Shown here piece after piece: positions 10,001-19,668 of a stretch of DNA of 64,000 nucleotides. Positions within the stretch are counted from its first letter, which is position 1; each line of letters begins with the position of its first letter. Below the pieces are notes generated by a model. It was not told the origin of the DNA. It saw only the letters and a program-made list of their open reading frames with translations, and searched no databases. This DNA is from a phage. The DNA is taken from the NCBI GenBank assembly GCA_012365435.1, contig GCA_012365435.1_4518.1; one strand, 5' to 3'. A program made the position numbers and the translations under genes.

Positions 10001-10447
10001 TTAGTAACTCTGCAGAATAAATTTGAAATTATCGGCCAGAAGACGGTTCATTTCAGTGAGTGTTTGATATTCTGATGTATGGTTGCGAGTGAACGCTAGA
10101 GCCAATTGTCCTTTACCATAACCAGTGGTCAGAGGTTTCATGTTCTTAGCTGAAACAAAGATTACATCATATTCAATATTATTAGTGCCCATGGTACGGG
10201 CGAGTTGTGAACGGCCTTGACGAATGTGAGAAAGAATTGCATCCAACCCTTGTTTAGAACGTTGACGTCCTACAAAGAATCGTGCTGCTACTTGTCGCCA
10301 GTCAGATGAACCTTTAACGAAGAAGTAAAAACCTTCACGAGAACGAAACTCTTTAGAAACTTCAGAACCGTATTCGCCATTACGAACTACTGCAACAACT
10401 TCACCGCCAACTGCCAGAAGGTCTTTACGAGTTAAATATTTGGACAT
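10001..10447 (-). CDS. ndd: Nucleoid disruption protein Ndd
   Basis: 148 aa; long blocks identical to T4 Ndd as recalled ([56 protein letters not shown]). Confidence 0.75.
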   Translation of the reverse strand: MSKYLTRKDLLAVGGEVVAVVRNGEYGSEVSKEFRSREGFYFFVKGSSDWRQVAARFFVGRQRSKQGLDAILSHIRQGRSQLARTMGTNNIEYDVIFVSAKNMKPLTTGYGKGQLALAFTRNHTSEYQTLTEMNRLLADNFKFILQSY

Positions 10448-10523
10448 GCTAATTTCCTCAATTGATTAATGTTTTTGTAATCCATGAGAGCATTATACTC
10501 TGCTCTCAAGAGTTTGTACAATT

Positions 10524-10724
10524 TTATTCGGCTATATCAGAACGTTCAAAAAGCTCTTCAACAGTTAAACATTCAGTGTCATCTTCAATAAAGAATCGAG
10601 TCCAACACGTTGGGGCGATACAGTTATGAGTTTGTCCGGCGATAGAAGCTACACGAATAAGCTGCTGGCCGTTATTCAGAACAAATTTTTCACCAATTTC
10701 AACATCTTTAAAAAGCTTAGCCAT
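10524..10724 (-). CDS. Hypothetical protein (66 aa)
   Basis: ORF track; own early promoter upstream. Confidence 0.45.
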   Translation of the reverse strand: MAKLFKDVEIGEKFVLNNGQQLIRVASIAGQTHNCIAPTCWTRFFIEDDTECLTVEELFERSDIAE

Positions 10725-10752
10725 TTTGTGTTCCTCATGTTTCAGTAGGACT

Positions 10753-10781
10753 ACTATACCATAATCCTACCGTGTTGTAAA
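10753..10781 (-). promoter_or_regulatory. Early promoter
   Basis: - strand GTTTACA, 17 nt, TGG-TATAGT; sits in palindrome taggacta...taatccta. Confidence 0.55.
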
Positions 10782-10974
10782 CAATTAAATTACATTAAAA
10801 TATGTTAAAGCCAACCATGTTCCAGTGAACGAACATGCAATGTAAAAACCAGTATCACAAATTGTTTTTAGTACAATAAGAAGTGCATTTTTCATAAGTA
10901 CCTCAACACAATTGAAAATATTATACAAATCATTGGGATACTAAGCAACCATATTCCTATCCACATTTTAGAGC

Positions 10975-11238
10975 TCATATCTCAACTTCCGCGAGTTCCA
11001 TATATCCTTTGTTGATAACCTCTTTAAGGTCTTTAGAAAGAATAACATTAAAATGGTCGTTCATATGCCCGTTAACCAGACGAGTTATTTCGGCTTCAGA
11101 TGACATATAAGGCACGTCCGAGTCCCAATGAGATAGACCTAAATGAGTATAAATCATCCCTTCGTCATCTGCAGTGTTGTACATTGAAACAAACTCACCA
11201 GTCACTTTATGTTTTGCGTAGAAAAATTTAAATTTCAT
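10975..11238 (-). CDS. Hypothetical protein (87 aa)
   Basis: ORF track; own early promoter upstream. Confidence 0.5.
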   Translation of the reverse strand: MKFKFFYAKHKVTGEFVSMYNTADDEGMIYTHLGLSHWDSDVPYMSSEAEITRLVNGHMNDHFNVILSKDLKEVINKGYMELAEVEI

Positions 11239-11264
11239 GATGTTATCCTCTTTTAGATAGGACT

Positions 11265-11293
11265 ACTATATCATAGTCCTACTTAGTTGTAAA
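11265..11293 (-). promoter_or_regulatory. Early promoter
   Basis: - strand GTTTACA, 17 nt, TATAGT; -10 embedded in perfect 8-bp inverted repeat taggacta/tagtccta. Confidence 0.55.
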
Positions 11294-11306
11294 CACTTTT
11301 ATGAAA

Positions 11307-11864
11307 TTAAAGATGAAGATACCACCCGTTGTAGTTGCTCTTGCGGACGATTTTCTTTAGGTCTTCATGGTCTCCAACGAACTTTATAGAATAAGAGAAG
11401 ACGTCAGGTGAGGTTTCTTTGACATTCAATATAATAATACAGTCAGCGACTCGATGATTAAGGAAGGGCCCTATATTGATTCCATTACCACCCGGATAAT
11501 CACCACTGTATCCTGTGGTAACCGAAATCCATTTCGAATCCATCTGATGGGTCTTTACTTCTACGCGTAGACCACAGTACTTAGGATGAGCTAAAACGTC
11601 CCATGCATACGTGTACGGGTCTTCTACGTCTTCATTACCTTTATTAACATATCCGTCTAGCCAATTTGCTACTACATACTCTGCAAAGACTGCAACCTTA
11701 CAACGTCGAACAACGTCTTCTTTTATTTGACCTGGATCTTGTTTCAACGAGTACCGAGCAGTATCAGCGATCTTAACCTTCATTTCGCTAGTCAAAAACT
11801 CATTCGACAGGATAAATGTCGGAAGATTCTTCAGCCTCAACAGTCCCAAGTTCGTCTTTACCAT
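11307..11864 (-). CDS. denB: Endonuclease IV DenB-like
   Basis: Start at internal ATG (MVKTNLGLL) gives 185 aa, same as T4 DenB; position between ndd and rIIB. Confidence 0.5.
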   Translation of the reverse strand: MVKTNLGLLRLKNLPTFILSNEFLTSEMKVKIADTARYSLKQDPGQIKEDVVRRCKVAVFAEYVVANWLDGYVNKGNEDVEDPYTYAWDVLAHPKYCGLRVEVKTHQMDSKWISVTTGYSGDYPGGNGINIGPFLNHRVADCIIILNVKETSPDVFSYSIKFVGDHEDLKKIVRKSNYNGWYLHL

Positions 11865-12087
11865 AGATACCTCTGATGTGTAGTTCGCCAAAATAAATGC
11901 GGTCTCCTTCTTCAAGATATTCTGCATCTACAGGCGGGATTTCAATAACAACTTCGTCGCATTCTAACCAGCCGTAATGTGCATCGCCAGGATGTTTTAC
12001 CAATTTAGCACAATAGACTGATTTACACTTATGATGACCACGAAGATTAGCAATTTTGGATTCTGATACGTCAAATGGATGAATCAT
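11800..12087 (-). CDS. Hypothetical protein (95 aa)
   Basis: ORF track; overlaps denB start region in another frame. Confidence 0.4.
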   Translation of the reverse strand: MIHPFDVSESKIANLRGHHKCKSVYCAKLVKHPGDAHYGWLECDEVVIEIPPVDAEYLEEGDRIYFGELHIRGIYGKDELGTVEAEESSDIYPVE

Positions 12088-12097
12088 AATTACCCCT

Positions 12098-12123
12098 AAA
12101 GAAAAAAGGGGACCGAAGTCCCC
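12098..12123 (-). terminator. Rho-independent terminator after rIIB, C(UUCG)G hairpin plus U-run
   Basis: ggggac-cgaa-gtcccc on + strand, UUCG loop in - transcript, followed by UUUUUUCUUU. Confidence 0.6.
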
Positions 12124-12128
12124 AATTA

Positions 12129-13076
12129 TTATTCTGCAAATAATTCAGTAACGTCTGAAATTACTTCATAACGACAAGTACGCATCTTAGCATCACCGTA
12201 GTCAACCGGGATGGATACAACATCACGTGGATGAACTTTAACTTTCACAACTTTATCTGAGCTTGAACCAAAGTGGCGAATATAAGATTTAGCACAAACG
12301 TGGAGACCGCGAGAACAGGTTTGAGTATCATCGTCGTTAACTCGAGTACGAGGCATTGAAACAACTTTACCTGGGGAGTTATCAAATGTACCACTATAGC
12401 AGTCTAAATAGTCCTTACGAACTACTTTCCACGCATAGAAATGACCATCTTCAGTGATTTCAATATCGTTTGCAACCAAGAAGTCGAATAAACGTTGTAC
12501 AGCTTTTTCGCTCGGGTTTTCTAACAGGTTTTCAAGGAACGGCAGGTAGAATTTAAAGTCTTCGCCTTTTTCCATGGAATCAATAATACGGTTAACCAGC
12601 CCTGAACGAATCTCTATACCTTGATAAAATAAACTACCACCTTCAATAGTAACATTACCGTCAACAAACTTACTAATAGCTTTCTTGATGTTAATAAGTT
12701 CGACAGCTTTACTAAGGTTTCCTGCGACCAGATTAGCTTTAATTTCTTCAAAATTTGCATGACTTGATGGGGTCGCATTGTATGCTACGCGTCCTTCAAT
12801 GATTGAAATAAATTTAGATGACGCGTTCCATACGATTTCTGGACGATGACCTGTAATAATAGGTTCATCATTTTCTGGAACTTCTTCGATTACATAAGAG
12901 GCATCGTTTGCTTCAGGGACAACGCCTTCAGCTTTAAAATTCTTAACAATCTTACGAAGAGTATCTGTTGAAATGTCGAAGTAATCGGCAATTTCTTTAC
13001 GAGTCCATTTGCCTGATTCAACCAGGCCGTAAGCTTCTAACTGTTCTTCTTGGGACAAGCATTTGATATTGTACAT
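12129..13076 (-). CDS. rIIB: rIIB protein
   Basis: 315 aa; extensive identity to T4 rIIB as recalled. Confidence 0.85.
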   Translation of the reverse strand: MYNIKCLSQEEQLEAYGLVESGKWTRKEIADYFDISTDTLRKIVKNFKAEGVVPEANDASYVIEEVPENDEPIITGHRPEIVWNASSKFISIIEGRVAYNATPSSHANFEEIKANLVAGNLSKAVELINIKKAISKFVDGNVTIEGGSLFYQGIEIRSGLVNRIIDSMEKGEDFKFYLPFLENLLENPSEKAVQRLFDFLVANDIEITEDGHFYAWKVVRKDYLDCYSGTFDNSPGKVVSMPRTRVNDDDTQTCSRGLHVCAKSYIRHFGSSSDKVVKVKVHPRDVVSIPVDYGDAKMRTCRYEVISDVTELFAE

Positions 13077-13085
13077 AATGTTTCC

Positions 13086-15299
13086 TTATTTGGCCGCTTC
13101 CACGGCCTTCATGAATTTAACGATTTGAGCGACCTGTTCTTTGGAAAGAGTACCACGTCGTCCCATGTATTCTGACACAATATGATAATTGGTTTCAAAT
13201 TCAATAACCATTTTATCATCATTATCGTAAGCATTATCTTTAAGCTTATCGAAAATTTTAGCACACAATTCTAACTTCCTGTTCAGGTCTGTATTAGTAG
13301 CACCTGCGAATCGATTCCATCCCCAGCGATTATTTACTGTTGAGAGTTTTGCAAAGTCTTTACTGATTTCTTTGTTCTTAGAGCTAAAATATTTACTAAG
13401 GAAATTAAGCTCTTCATTACGAGTAATATGATTCAAATAAGGCTGTGCTCTACGACTTGGTGATACATACTCATCATAATCTACTTTATCGATTAGCATA
13501 ATATAGTCATTAATTGATTTTTCAAACAAACATTCTACTTCACCGAGTTTACGAACTTTCTTAGCAATCTGTGGACGAACTACAGTGAACTCTTTAATAC
13601 CTGACAAATCAGCAATACGAGTCAAGAAATTAGAGTCATAGTTCAACCAACCTTTATCTGCGTCAAGACATTCAGCGTTAGAACGATTACGAATTACAGC
13701 ATAACCTTGAATCTCATCAGCTTTACTGGCCGGAATAAAAAGGTCTTCTGATACCCAAACATCTTTTTCGTTCTTGAAGAAACGATGGGCACTCGGTGAT
13801 TTAGGACGAGGCTGCGATGAACGTTCTTTAACTTCAATCCACGGTTTAACCAATGCAAGAATTTCAGAGGTCTTATAAAATTTAAGGCTATCACCAGCGA
13901 AAATAACCTTTAATCGTTCCAGAAGTTTCATTGCAACTTCATCTTCCGGGTTAATGAATAATACGCTACTACCATATCCGGAAGGAACCTTATCAACGAG
14001 TGTTGATGCATCTGTGGAAGTCAAAGCATCGTTCAGAGCACGCATCATTGGTACGCGTCCTTTCACATCATCAATAACAATATCAATATGCTTACGACCA
14101 ATACCTAGCAGGCTATTAATTGAAATAGTTGAAGACGAGCTTCCGCTTTCACGAATACGACGAAGTCGTGGGTCTGAAACGATATCATATACAACACCAA
14201 GGTTGCACCATTCTGGTCCCATTTTAAAACGTTTGTACAACTCAGAATAAGTTAGTTGTTCTTTAGAATATTTCAGTGATTCAATATTAGAACCGGCTTT
14301 TTCCATGTATTTACGAGCAGAGTAACCAAGAGAATCGATTTCACGGAATACATGACGTGGATATTCACAATCAATCCATTTCTTAGAATCTTCAGCAAAT
14401 AATTTTGCATCAATTTCTGCAACGCGTTTATGGATATTTGCTACTGTACGTTTATCAAATGACAATGCTTCACGAGACGGGGCTACATCTAGTTCACCCA
14501 TAGGGAATTTAATATAAGCTGTAGTGCATCGCGTCATCATCCATGTTTGTTCTTTAATAACACTTCCGATTGGATATACAATACCACCATAAACAGCCAT
14601 GATATTACCACGTTCACCCCATGGAGCTTCCTTGGCCAAATATACATCGTCAAATTCAGGAAAGTATTTAATATCTTTAACACCGCGAACTTCTGCAATA
14701 TCACCTAGAGGACGCATAACATATGCAATTTCAGATGCGAACTTTTCAAAATCTTCTGGGTTAACAGGCACAACTACTTCAACGCCGGTACGGTCATCAG
14801 GGCCCATCTTATCTACAAAGGTTGGCTTAATCTGTGGACCGCTGTCATCTTGGTAGATTACGTAACCACGAACTTCACCATTGTGATAAGACGTAAGGTT
14901 AAACGTATCGGTATATGCTAGTGGAGCTTTAGAGCCGAGTCCGAATCCACCAATGAAATCGTTACTCGATGTTTTAGTTGAAGCAAAATATGAGTTATAG
15001 ATTCCTGGCTCTTCGTCATTACCTCGAATGGTGAAATCACTCATACCAGGACCAAAGTCTCGAACTACAAAACGTGGGTCTAAACGACCTGGAGCCTGAA
15101 CAATAAACTTATCAGTGCAACCATTAAGAATTTGCCCATCGATACAGTTTGTGATTAATTCACGTACACAAGCCAGTTCTTTGTTTGTATAAAGGTCATT
15201 AGACAAAATCTTATAAACTTTGCTATTGCCTTGAATAGTGAATGCTGTGCTCTTACCGCCTGAACCAATAATCGTTTCTTTAGCCGTTTCAATAATCAT
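13086..15299 (-). CDS. rIIA: rIIA protein
   Basis: 737 aa; extensive identity to T4 rIIA (LYTNK...ELITN.ID, PGRLDPRFV.RDFGPGMSDF) as recalled. Confidence 0.9.
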   Translation of the reverse strand: MIIETAKETIIGSGGKSTAFTIQGNSKVYKILSNDLYTNKELACVRELITNCIDGQILNGCTDKFIVQAPGRLDPRFVVRDFGPGMSDFTIRGNDEEPGIYNSYFASTKTSSNDFIGGFGLGSKAPLAYTDTFNLTSYHNGEVRGYVIYQDDSGPQIKPTFVDKMGPDDRTGVEVVVPVNPEDFEKFASEIAYVMRPLGDIAEVRGVKDIKYFPEFDDVYLAKEAPWGERGNIMAVYGGIVYPIGSVIKEQTWMMTRCTTAYIKFPMGELDVAPSREALSFDKRTVANIHKRVAEIDAKLFAEDSKKWIDCEYPRHVFREIDSLGYSARKYMEKAGSNIESLKYSKEQLTYSELYKRFKMGPEWCNLGVVYDIVSDPRLRRIRESGSSSSTISINSLLGIGRKHIDIVIDDVKGRVPMMRALNDALTSTDASTLVDKVPSGYGSSVLFINPEDEVAMKLLERLKVIFAGDSLKFYKTSEILALVKPWIEVKERSSQPRPKSPSAHRFFKNEKDVWVSEDLFIPASKADEIQGYAVIRNRSNAECLDADKGWLNYDSNFLTRIADLSGIKEFTVVRPQIAKKVRKLGEVECLFEKSINDYIMLIDKVDYDEYVSPSRRAQPYLNHITRNEELNFLSKYFSSKNKEISKDFAKLSTVNNRWGWNRFAGATNTDLNRKLELCAKIFDKLKDNAYDNDDKMVIEFETNYHIVSEYMGRRGTLSKEQVAQIVKFMKAVEAAK

Positions 15300-15311
15300 A
15301 TTTTTCTCTCA

Positions 15312-15512
15312 TCACAAGTTACGTTTAAAAATTTCTGCTACTTCAAGAAGTTCTTCTTTAGTAGCTGTATCGGTTTGTATTTTATATCGAATTTCTTTAA
15401 AGCGTTCTTTAAAGGACTCTGCTGACTCGATATCAAAAAATCTTTGGATAAGCCGGAATTCCCGGAGCACTGCTTTATCAAAAAGTTCCAAGTCCACGTT
15501 ATACATTCTCAT
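15312..15512 (-). CDS. Small protein rIIA.1-position (66 aa)
   Basis: ORF track; immediately upstream of rIIA on same strand. Confidence 0.5.
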   Translation of the reverse strand: MRMYNVDLELFDKAVLREFRLIQRFFDIESAESFKERFKEIRYKIQTDTATKEELLEVAEIFKRNL

Positions 15513-15604
15513 AATATTCTCTTCAGTAGATTCCTAGAGCACTATTACTAAAGACCATATAATTTATCATCTTATGTGTAATAGTGCCTCAGGCTATTCA
15601 GGAT

Positions 15605-16705
15605 TTACGCTGTGAAGATTTTATCCCACATCGCAACAACTGCATCTCGATTATACTTCTTCCATACTGCTTCAGCACGTTTAACTCGAGCTTCGTATGT
15701 GTCAGTGAATTCTAATACAGCTTTTGTGTAAAGCGCAACTACTTCTTTCTTAGGAGTAGAGGAATCAATTTCTACACGCACAGTATCTGGGTCGTATTCG
15801 AATGTAGCATGAGGATAATCCTTAAAAACTAACTGGATTACAGGGACACCTTTAGAGATGGCTTCAATAGAACTATTCTCTACCGTGCCTGTGTCAGGAC
15901 ACGTATTAATAAGTGCTTTAGCTGTTTTAAGACGTTCCATGATTTCACTGTGTGGAGCATCAATAATAACAGGATATTTAGCTGGTGGTGCCCATTTGCT
16001 TGGACAATAACCAATACCATTTTCGCCTAGTGCTTTAATTGCTTCAAGAGCAACATCAGTGCGACGCATCTTAGTGTCATAACGTTGAGCACTAATAATC
16101 AAATCAGTTGCCGGGAGAACTTCTGGCTTTTCAGACAAACAAATAACCGGGTAGTCATCAGGTTCAAATAATGGATTTTCACGCCAGTAGTCATAATCAA
16201 TTTTGTCAGTAAGAGCTGAAGTCATATGACAATATTTACGTTCAAATTCACGGAATGCTTTAGTAGGAGCATAGCTCTTCCCACCGTTCTTGTGAATCTG
16301 GATAGTCTGATCCCAAATTTGAACAATACCACGAGACACCGGTTCAAACGGCGTAGCCATAAAATTCTTATGAACTTTAGAGAGTCCAGCATCTTTAATT
16401 GCTTGGACAGTTAGTTTAGTCGGTTCCATAGTAACAACAAAATCGTATTCATGGATGCCGGCTAGTTCAACAATCTTACGAGCCATAGTATAACTCATAC
16501 CTAGACTGAATTTAGTCAGATGACCAACAGGATGATGATTAACCTTCCAATCACCAAATGTGTCATTATCAAAACCGATATAATCAATATCGGCACCGAT
16601 AGAAACTAAATATTTCAACACATTTAAATGTACTGCTTCAAGACCACCTTGTACACGTTCTGGGTTAAATGGGACCGCACGAGATGGGATAAACATAACT
16701 TTCAT
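15605..16705 (-). CDS. Putative glycosyltransferase (GT-B-like), candidate DNA hmC sugar transferase
   Basis: 366 aa; GT-like C-terminal block (GVPVIQLV...); occupies the slot where T4 has gene 60/mobA; no alpha-gt/beta-gt elsewhere in window. Confidence 0.55.
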   Translation of the reverse strand: MKVMFIPSRAVPFNPERVQGGLEAVHLNVLKYLVSIGADIDYIGFDNDTFGDWKVNHHPVGHLTKFSLGMSYTMARKIVELAGIHEYDFVVTMEPTKLTVQAIKDAGLSKVHKNFMATPFEPVSRGIVQIWDQTIQIHKNGGKSYAPTKAFREFERKYCHMTSALTDKIDYDYWRENPLFEPDDYPVICLSEKPEVLPATDLIISAQRYDTKMRRTDVALEAIKALGENGIGYCPSKWAPPAKYPVIIDAPHSEIMERLKTAKALINTCPDTGTVENSSIEAISKGVPVIQLVFKDYPHATFEYDPDTVRVEIDSSTPKKEVVALYTKAVLEFTDTYEARVKRAEAVWKKYNRDAVVAMWDKIFTA

Positions 16706-16711
16706 AATTAA

Positions 16712-16749
16712 GCCTTATTAAAATTAAAATGAAGCTCCTGAAGGAGCTT
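16712..16749 (-). terminator. Terminator downstream of gene 39
   Basis: 7-bp stem aagctcc/ggagctt with 4-nt loop followed on - strand by AUUUUAAUUUUAAU. Confidence 0.5.
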
Positions 16750-16763
16750 AGGACATCTATCAA

Positions 16764-18584
16764 TTAACCAAGCATCCAGTCTTTACGGAGTTCAGGGTCG
16801 TTACCCATGAGCATTTCAAATAGTTCTTTCCAATTTTCAGGAAGTTTAACTACGTCGTACACAGGGTTTTGAATCATTTCTTTATATTCATCCCGCTGAA
16901 GTGAGCCCAATCCCTTGATGTATCGAATACTATGCTTAGGCAGTGTATCTTTAACTTCTTCATACTCAGCTACAGTATAAAACCATTTTTGAGTTTTGCC
17001 AATTTGTGCAATAATTACGGGTGTTTTAACAAAGCGAATACGTCCTTGTTCAAACAATTCAGGCCAATTACTAAAGAAAGCAAGCAAAGCCGGATAGATA
17101 CTTCCAAGACCGTCGTGATCTGCATCAGTCATAATTGCAATATTACGATAGTTTGTATTCTCTGCCTTTTCACCAAGAATAAGACCTGTGATAGCACAGA
17201 TATCGAATAACTCTTTGTTCTTCATCATATCAGCATATGACATACCCCAGCTATTCATCACCTTACCACGTAATGGGAATCCACCGTGTAGTTCACGGTC
17301 ACGAACATCAATGAGATAACCAATTGCCGAATCACCTTCTGTTAAGAACAATGTCGTATCTGCATCTTTACCACATTGGTTAGCTTTAATATGCTTATGA
17401 ACCTTAGCTTTAGTTGCCTTTTTAGCTGCTTTAGTTTCTGCAGCCTTTTCTGCCGCCAATTTACGAGCTAATGCTGCTTCAACAATAGGCATAATCAAGG
17501 CTTCATTTTTAAGAAGTGCCTGAGCAATTTTCTTAGCATCTAATTGGATATGATTACGAATATCACCATACGTTGACGTTAAACGTTCTTTAGTCTGAGA
17601 ATCAAAACGCATGTTGCTCATGTCTCTAATAAACATCAACATTGTGAGACATTCTTTAACACGAGCTTTAGTGACTTCAATACCCTTATATTTCTTTTTA
17701 ATACCCGGCAAAAGATGTTCGCAGATATCGTCCATTACACATTCAACATGATGTCCACCATTTTTAGTATGGATGTTATTCACATAAGTTAAATGACGGA
17801 AGCCATCTGGTGATGTTGTGAATGCTATAGAGACTTTATCATTTTCTTGAATGATGTTATCTTCGCCAAATTGTTTAGCAAATCGTTTAAAATTACCATC
17901 GACCTTTTTACCATTAAATGTGAACTTGATATCAGGATAAACGACTGCCAATGTTTGAAGTCGGTCTAAAGTAATATCTAAATAAATTTGAGATAAATTA
18001 TGCTCTTCAAATGAAGAGAAATCAGGAGTGAAGATTACTTTAGTGCCTTTACCTTTAGATTTCTTAGAAGACCATGATTTGTTTTCCATTCCGTTTGAAC
18101 AGTTAACAGTGATTTCATTTTCGCCATCTGACGTGATGCCTGTAAACAACGTAGAGAAGATATTAGTTAAACTACTCCCGACGCCGTTCATACCACCAGT
18201 CTTGCGTTCAGAATCATCACCAAAGTTACCACCGGCCTTTGGAATAGTCCAGGCTGCTACAGGACCAGGAATTTGTTCACCCGTTTGGTCGGTAACTAAA
18301 CCTTGAGGAATACCACGTCCGTTATCTTCCACCGAAACTTGATTATTTTTAATTTGCACATCAATTTTATTTGCAAACTTAAATGATGTACGAATAGCTT
18401 CATCAACCGAGTTGTCAATAATCTCATCGATTAATTTAACCAGACCAGGAACATATTCAACTTGTTGATATTTACCAAACAAAAAACGCTCGTGGGCTTC
18501 TTTAGCAGAAGAACCAATATACATGCCACTACGTTTCTTAATATGTTCTACATCTGACAGTACCTTAATTTCATTTTTAATCAT
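16764..18584 (-). CDS. 39: Topoisomerase II large subunit gp39 (intact, unsplit)
   Basis: 606 aa GyrB-like ATPase; single continuous ORF as in T2/RB69 type rather than T4 split 39+60. Confidence 0.9.
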   Translation of the reverse strand: MIKNEIKVLSDVEHIKKRSGMYIGSSAKEAHERFLFGKYQQVEYVPGLVKLIDEIIDNSVDEAIRTSFKFANKIDVQIKNNQVSVEDNGRGIPQGLVTDQTGEQIPGPVAAWTIPKAGGNFGDDSERKTGGMNGVGSSLTNIFSTLFTGITSDGENEITVNCSNGMENKSWSSKKSKGKGTKVIFTPDFSSFEEHNLSQIYLDITLDRLQTLAVVYPDIKFTFNGKKVDGNFKRFAKQFGEDNIIQENDKVSIAFTTSPDGFRHLTYVNNIHTKNGGHHVECVMDDICEHLLPGIKKKYKGIEVTKARVKECLTMLMFIRDMSNMRFDSQTKERLTSTYGDIRNHIQLDAKKIAQALLKNEALIMPIVEAALARKLAAEKAAETKAAKKATKAKVHKHIKANQCGKDADTTLFLTEGDSAIGYLIDVRDRELHGGFPLRGKVMNSWGMSYADMMKNKELFDICAITGLILGEKAENTNYRNIAIMTDADHDGLGSIYPALLAFFSNWPELFEQGRIRFVKTPVIIAQIGKTQKWFYTVAEYEEVKDTLPKHSIRYIKGLGSLQRDEYKEMIQNPVYDVVKLPENWKELFEMLMGNDPELRKDWMLG

Positions 18585-18606
18585 GTTGTCTCCTCGTTAT
18601 GAAGGT

Positions 18607-18633
18607 ATTCTATCATCCGAAATCTAAAGCAAA
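18607..18633 (-). promoter_or_regulatory. MotA-dependent middle promoter for gene 39
   Basis: - strand TTTGCTTTA (MotA box), 12 nt, TAGAAT, about 20 nt upstream of gene 39 RBS. Confidence 0.5.
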
Positions 18634-18634
18634 A

Positions 18635-18648
18635 AGGGCCGAAGCCCT
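18635..18648 (-). terminator. C(UUCG)G hairpin/terminator at end of upstream operon
   Basis: agggc-cgaa-gccct, UUCG loop in - transcript, followed by UUUUUGCUUUAG. Confidence 0.45.
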
Positions 18649-19073
18649 TATTTAAATTTAATTTTCTGAAGTGCATCAATTGCAGCCAAACGCCCTTGTT
18701 CACTTTTAACTGTAATGACCACATCACCTGATACGATCACCGAGCCGTCAACAAATTCTATAGAGCCTTTTTTGAAATCGACAGCTGTATCTTGTTCCTG
18801 AACTTCTTCAAAGAATTTAAATTCTGCACCATAAAGCAGAATATCACCTTGCATACTATGAATAGTTCGGCCATAATCGCCTACGGCTTCTACAGCAATA
18901 ACCGAAACACCGTAACCAATCATCTCTTCCACAATAAAATCTTTGGACAATAAAGTAGTATGCAGATTAGTATTAAGACGTTTACCAGTCGTATTAAGAA
19001 TTCTCAAGAAATTATCTTCTTGACCTTTGATAATACGATATTTCTTACCAACTTCAAAACCTTTAAAAGCCAT
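18648..19073 (-). CDS. Hypothetical protein (141 aa)
   Basis: ORF track; first gene upstream of 39. Confidence 0.5.
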   Translation of the reverse strand: MAFKGFEVGKKYRIIKGQEDNFLRILNTTGKRLNTNLHTTLLSKDFIVEEMIGYGVSVIAVEAVGDYGRTIHSMQGDILLYGAEFKFFEEVQEQDTAVDFKKGSIEFVDGSVIVSGDVVITVKSEQGRLAAIDALQKIKFK

Positions 19074-19075
19074 AA

Positions 19076-19255
19076 TTAACCCTTTTTAAGTAAGTCGTAA
19101 AAACCACCGTTCACATGTTTAGGAGCAGAAACCCGACGAGTAGACAGACGATGACATTCAGGGCAAACATCGTTTTCTCGTTCAGAAATCCTTTTAATTT
19201 TTTCATATTCATGACCACAATCTTCAGATTGGCATTTATAGTCGTATAACGGCAT
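19076..19255 (-). CDS. Small zinc-ribbon protein (FmdB-like CxxC...CPxC)
   Basis: 59 aa MPLYDYKCQSEDCGHEYE...CPEC; not in ORF track (below length cut-off); fills gap between flanking genes. Confidence 0.5.
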   Translation of the reverse strand: MPLYDYKCQSEDCGHEYEKIKRISERENDVCPECHRLSTRRVSAPKHVNGGFYDLLKKG

Positions 19256-19257
19256 TA

Positions 19258-19668
19258 TTATTCCTTAAAATGTGCTTTCAACATTTGATACAAAGACCAT
19301 GCCTGGTCGTTATTTTTGATAGTAATCTTCATCACCGGAAATTCAGACAATTCATCAAGTTCTCCAGAGTCTTGCTCTTCAGACGCTTGATATGGATTTC
19401 CAACTTCGTCAAAGAACTCTGCTTCATTCGTGGAGAGCCAGATAAAGTTTTCATCAAGGATATCACCGCCTGTTGCGTATCCAACCATGCCAGTAGATGT
19501 CACAATTTTAGTAGGACGACCAAGATGGTCAACATCTAATACTTTAAATGGTTCCATGCCAAGACGTCGTGCATAAATCCCATTATCAGTGTGGTCTTTA
19601 ATAAACTCTTCTTGGGCACGTTTATCTTTAAATTGGTACCATGAGTTAACGCGGAATTTATTAGCCAT
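19258..19668 (-). CDS. Hypothetical protein (about 136 aa)
   Basis: ORF track; start moved to ATG overlapping upstream stop (TAATG). Confidence 0.5.
   Translation of the reverse strand: MANKFRVNSWYQFKDKRAQEEFIKDHTDNGIYARRLGMEPFKVLDVDHLGRPTKIVTSTGMVGYATGGDILDENFIWLSTNEAEFFDEVGNPYQASEEQDSGELDELSEFPVMKITIKNNDQAWSLYQMLKAHFKE

Noticed and set aside
16764-18584. Looked for a T4-style split of the topoisomerase gene (39 plus 60) with the 50-nt translational bypass element
   Set aside because: Gene 39 is one uninterrupted 606-aa ORF and no separate gene 60 or bypass hairpin is present; the slot holds a glycosyltransferase instead.
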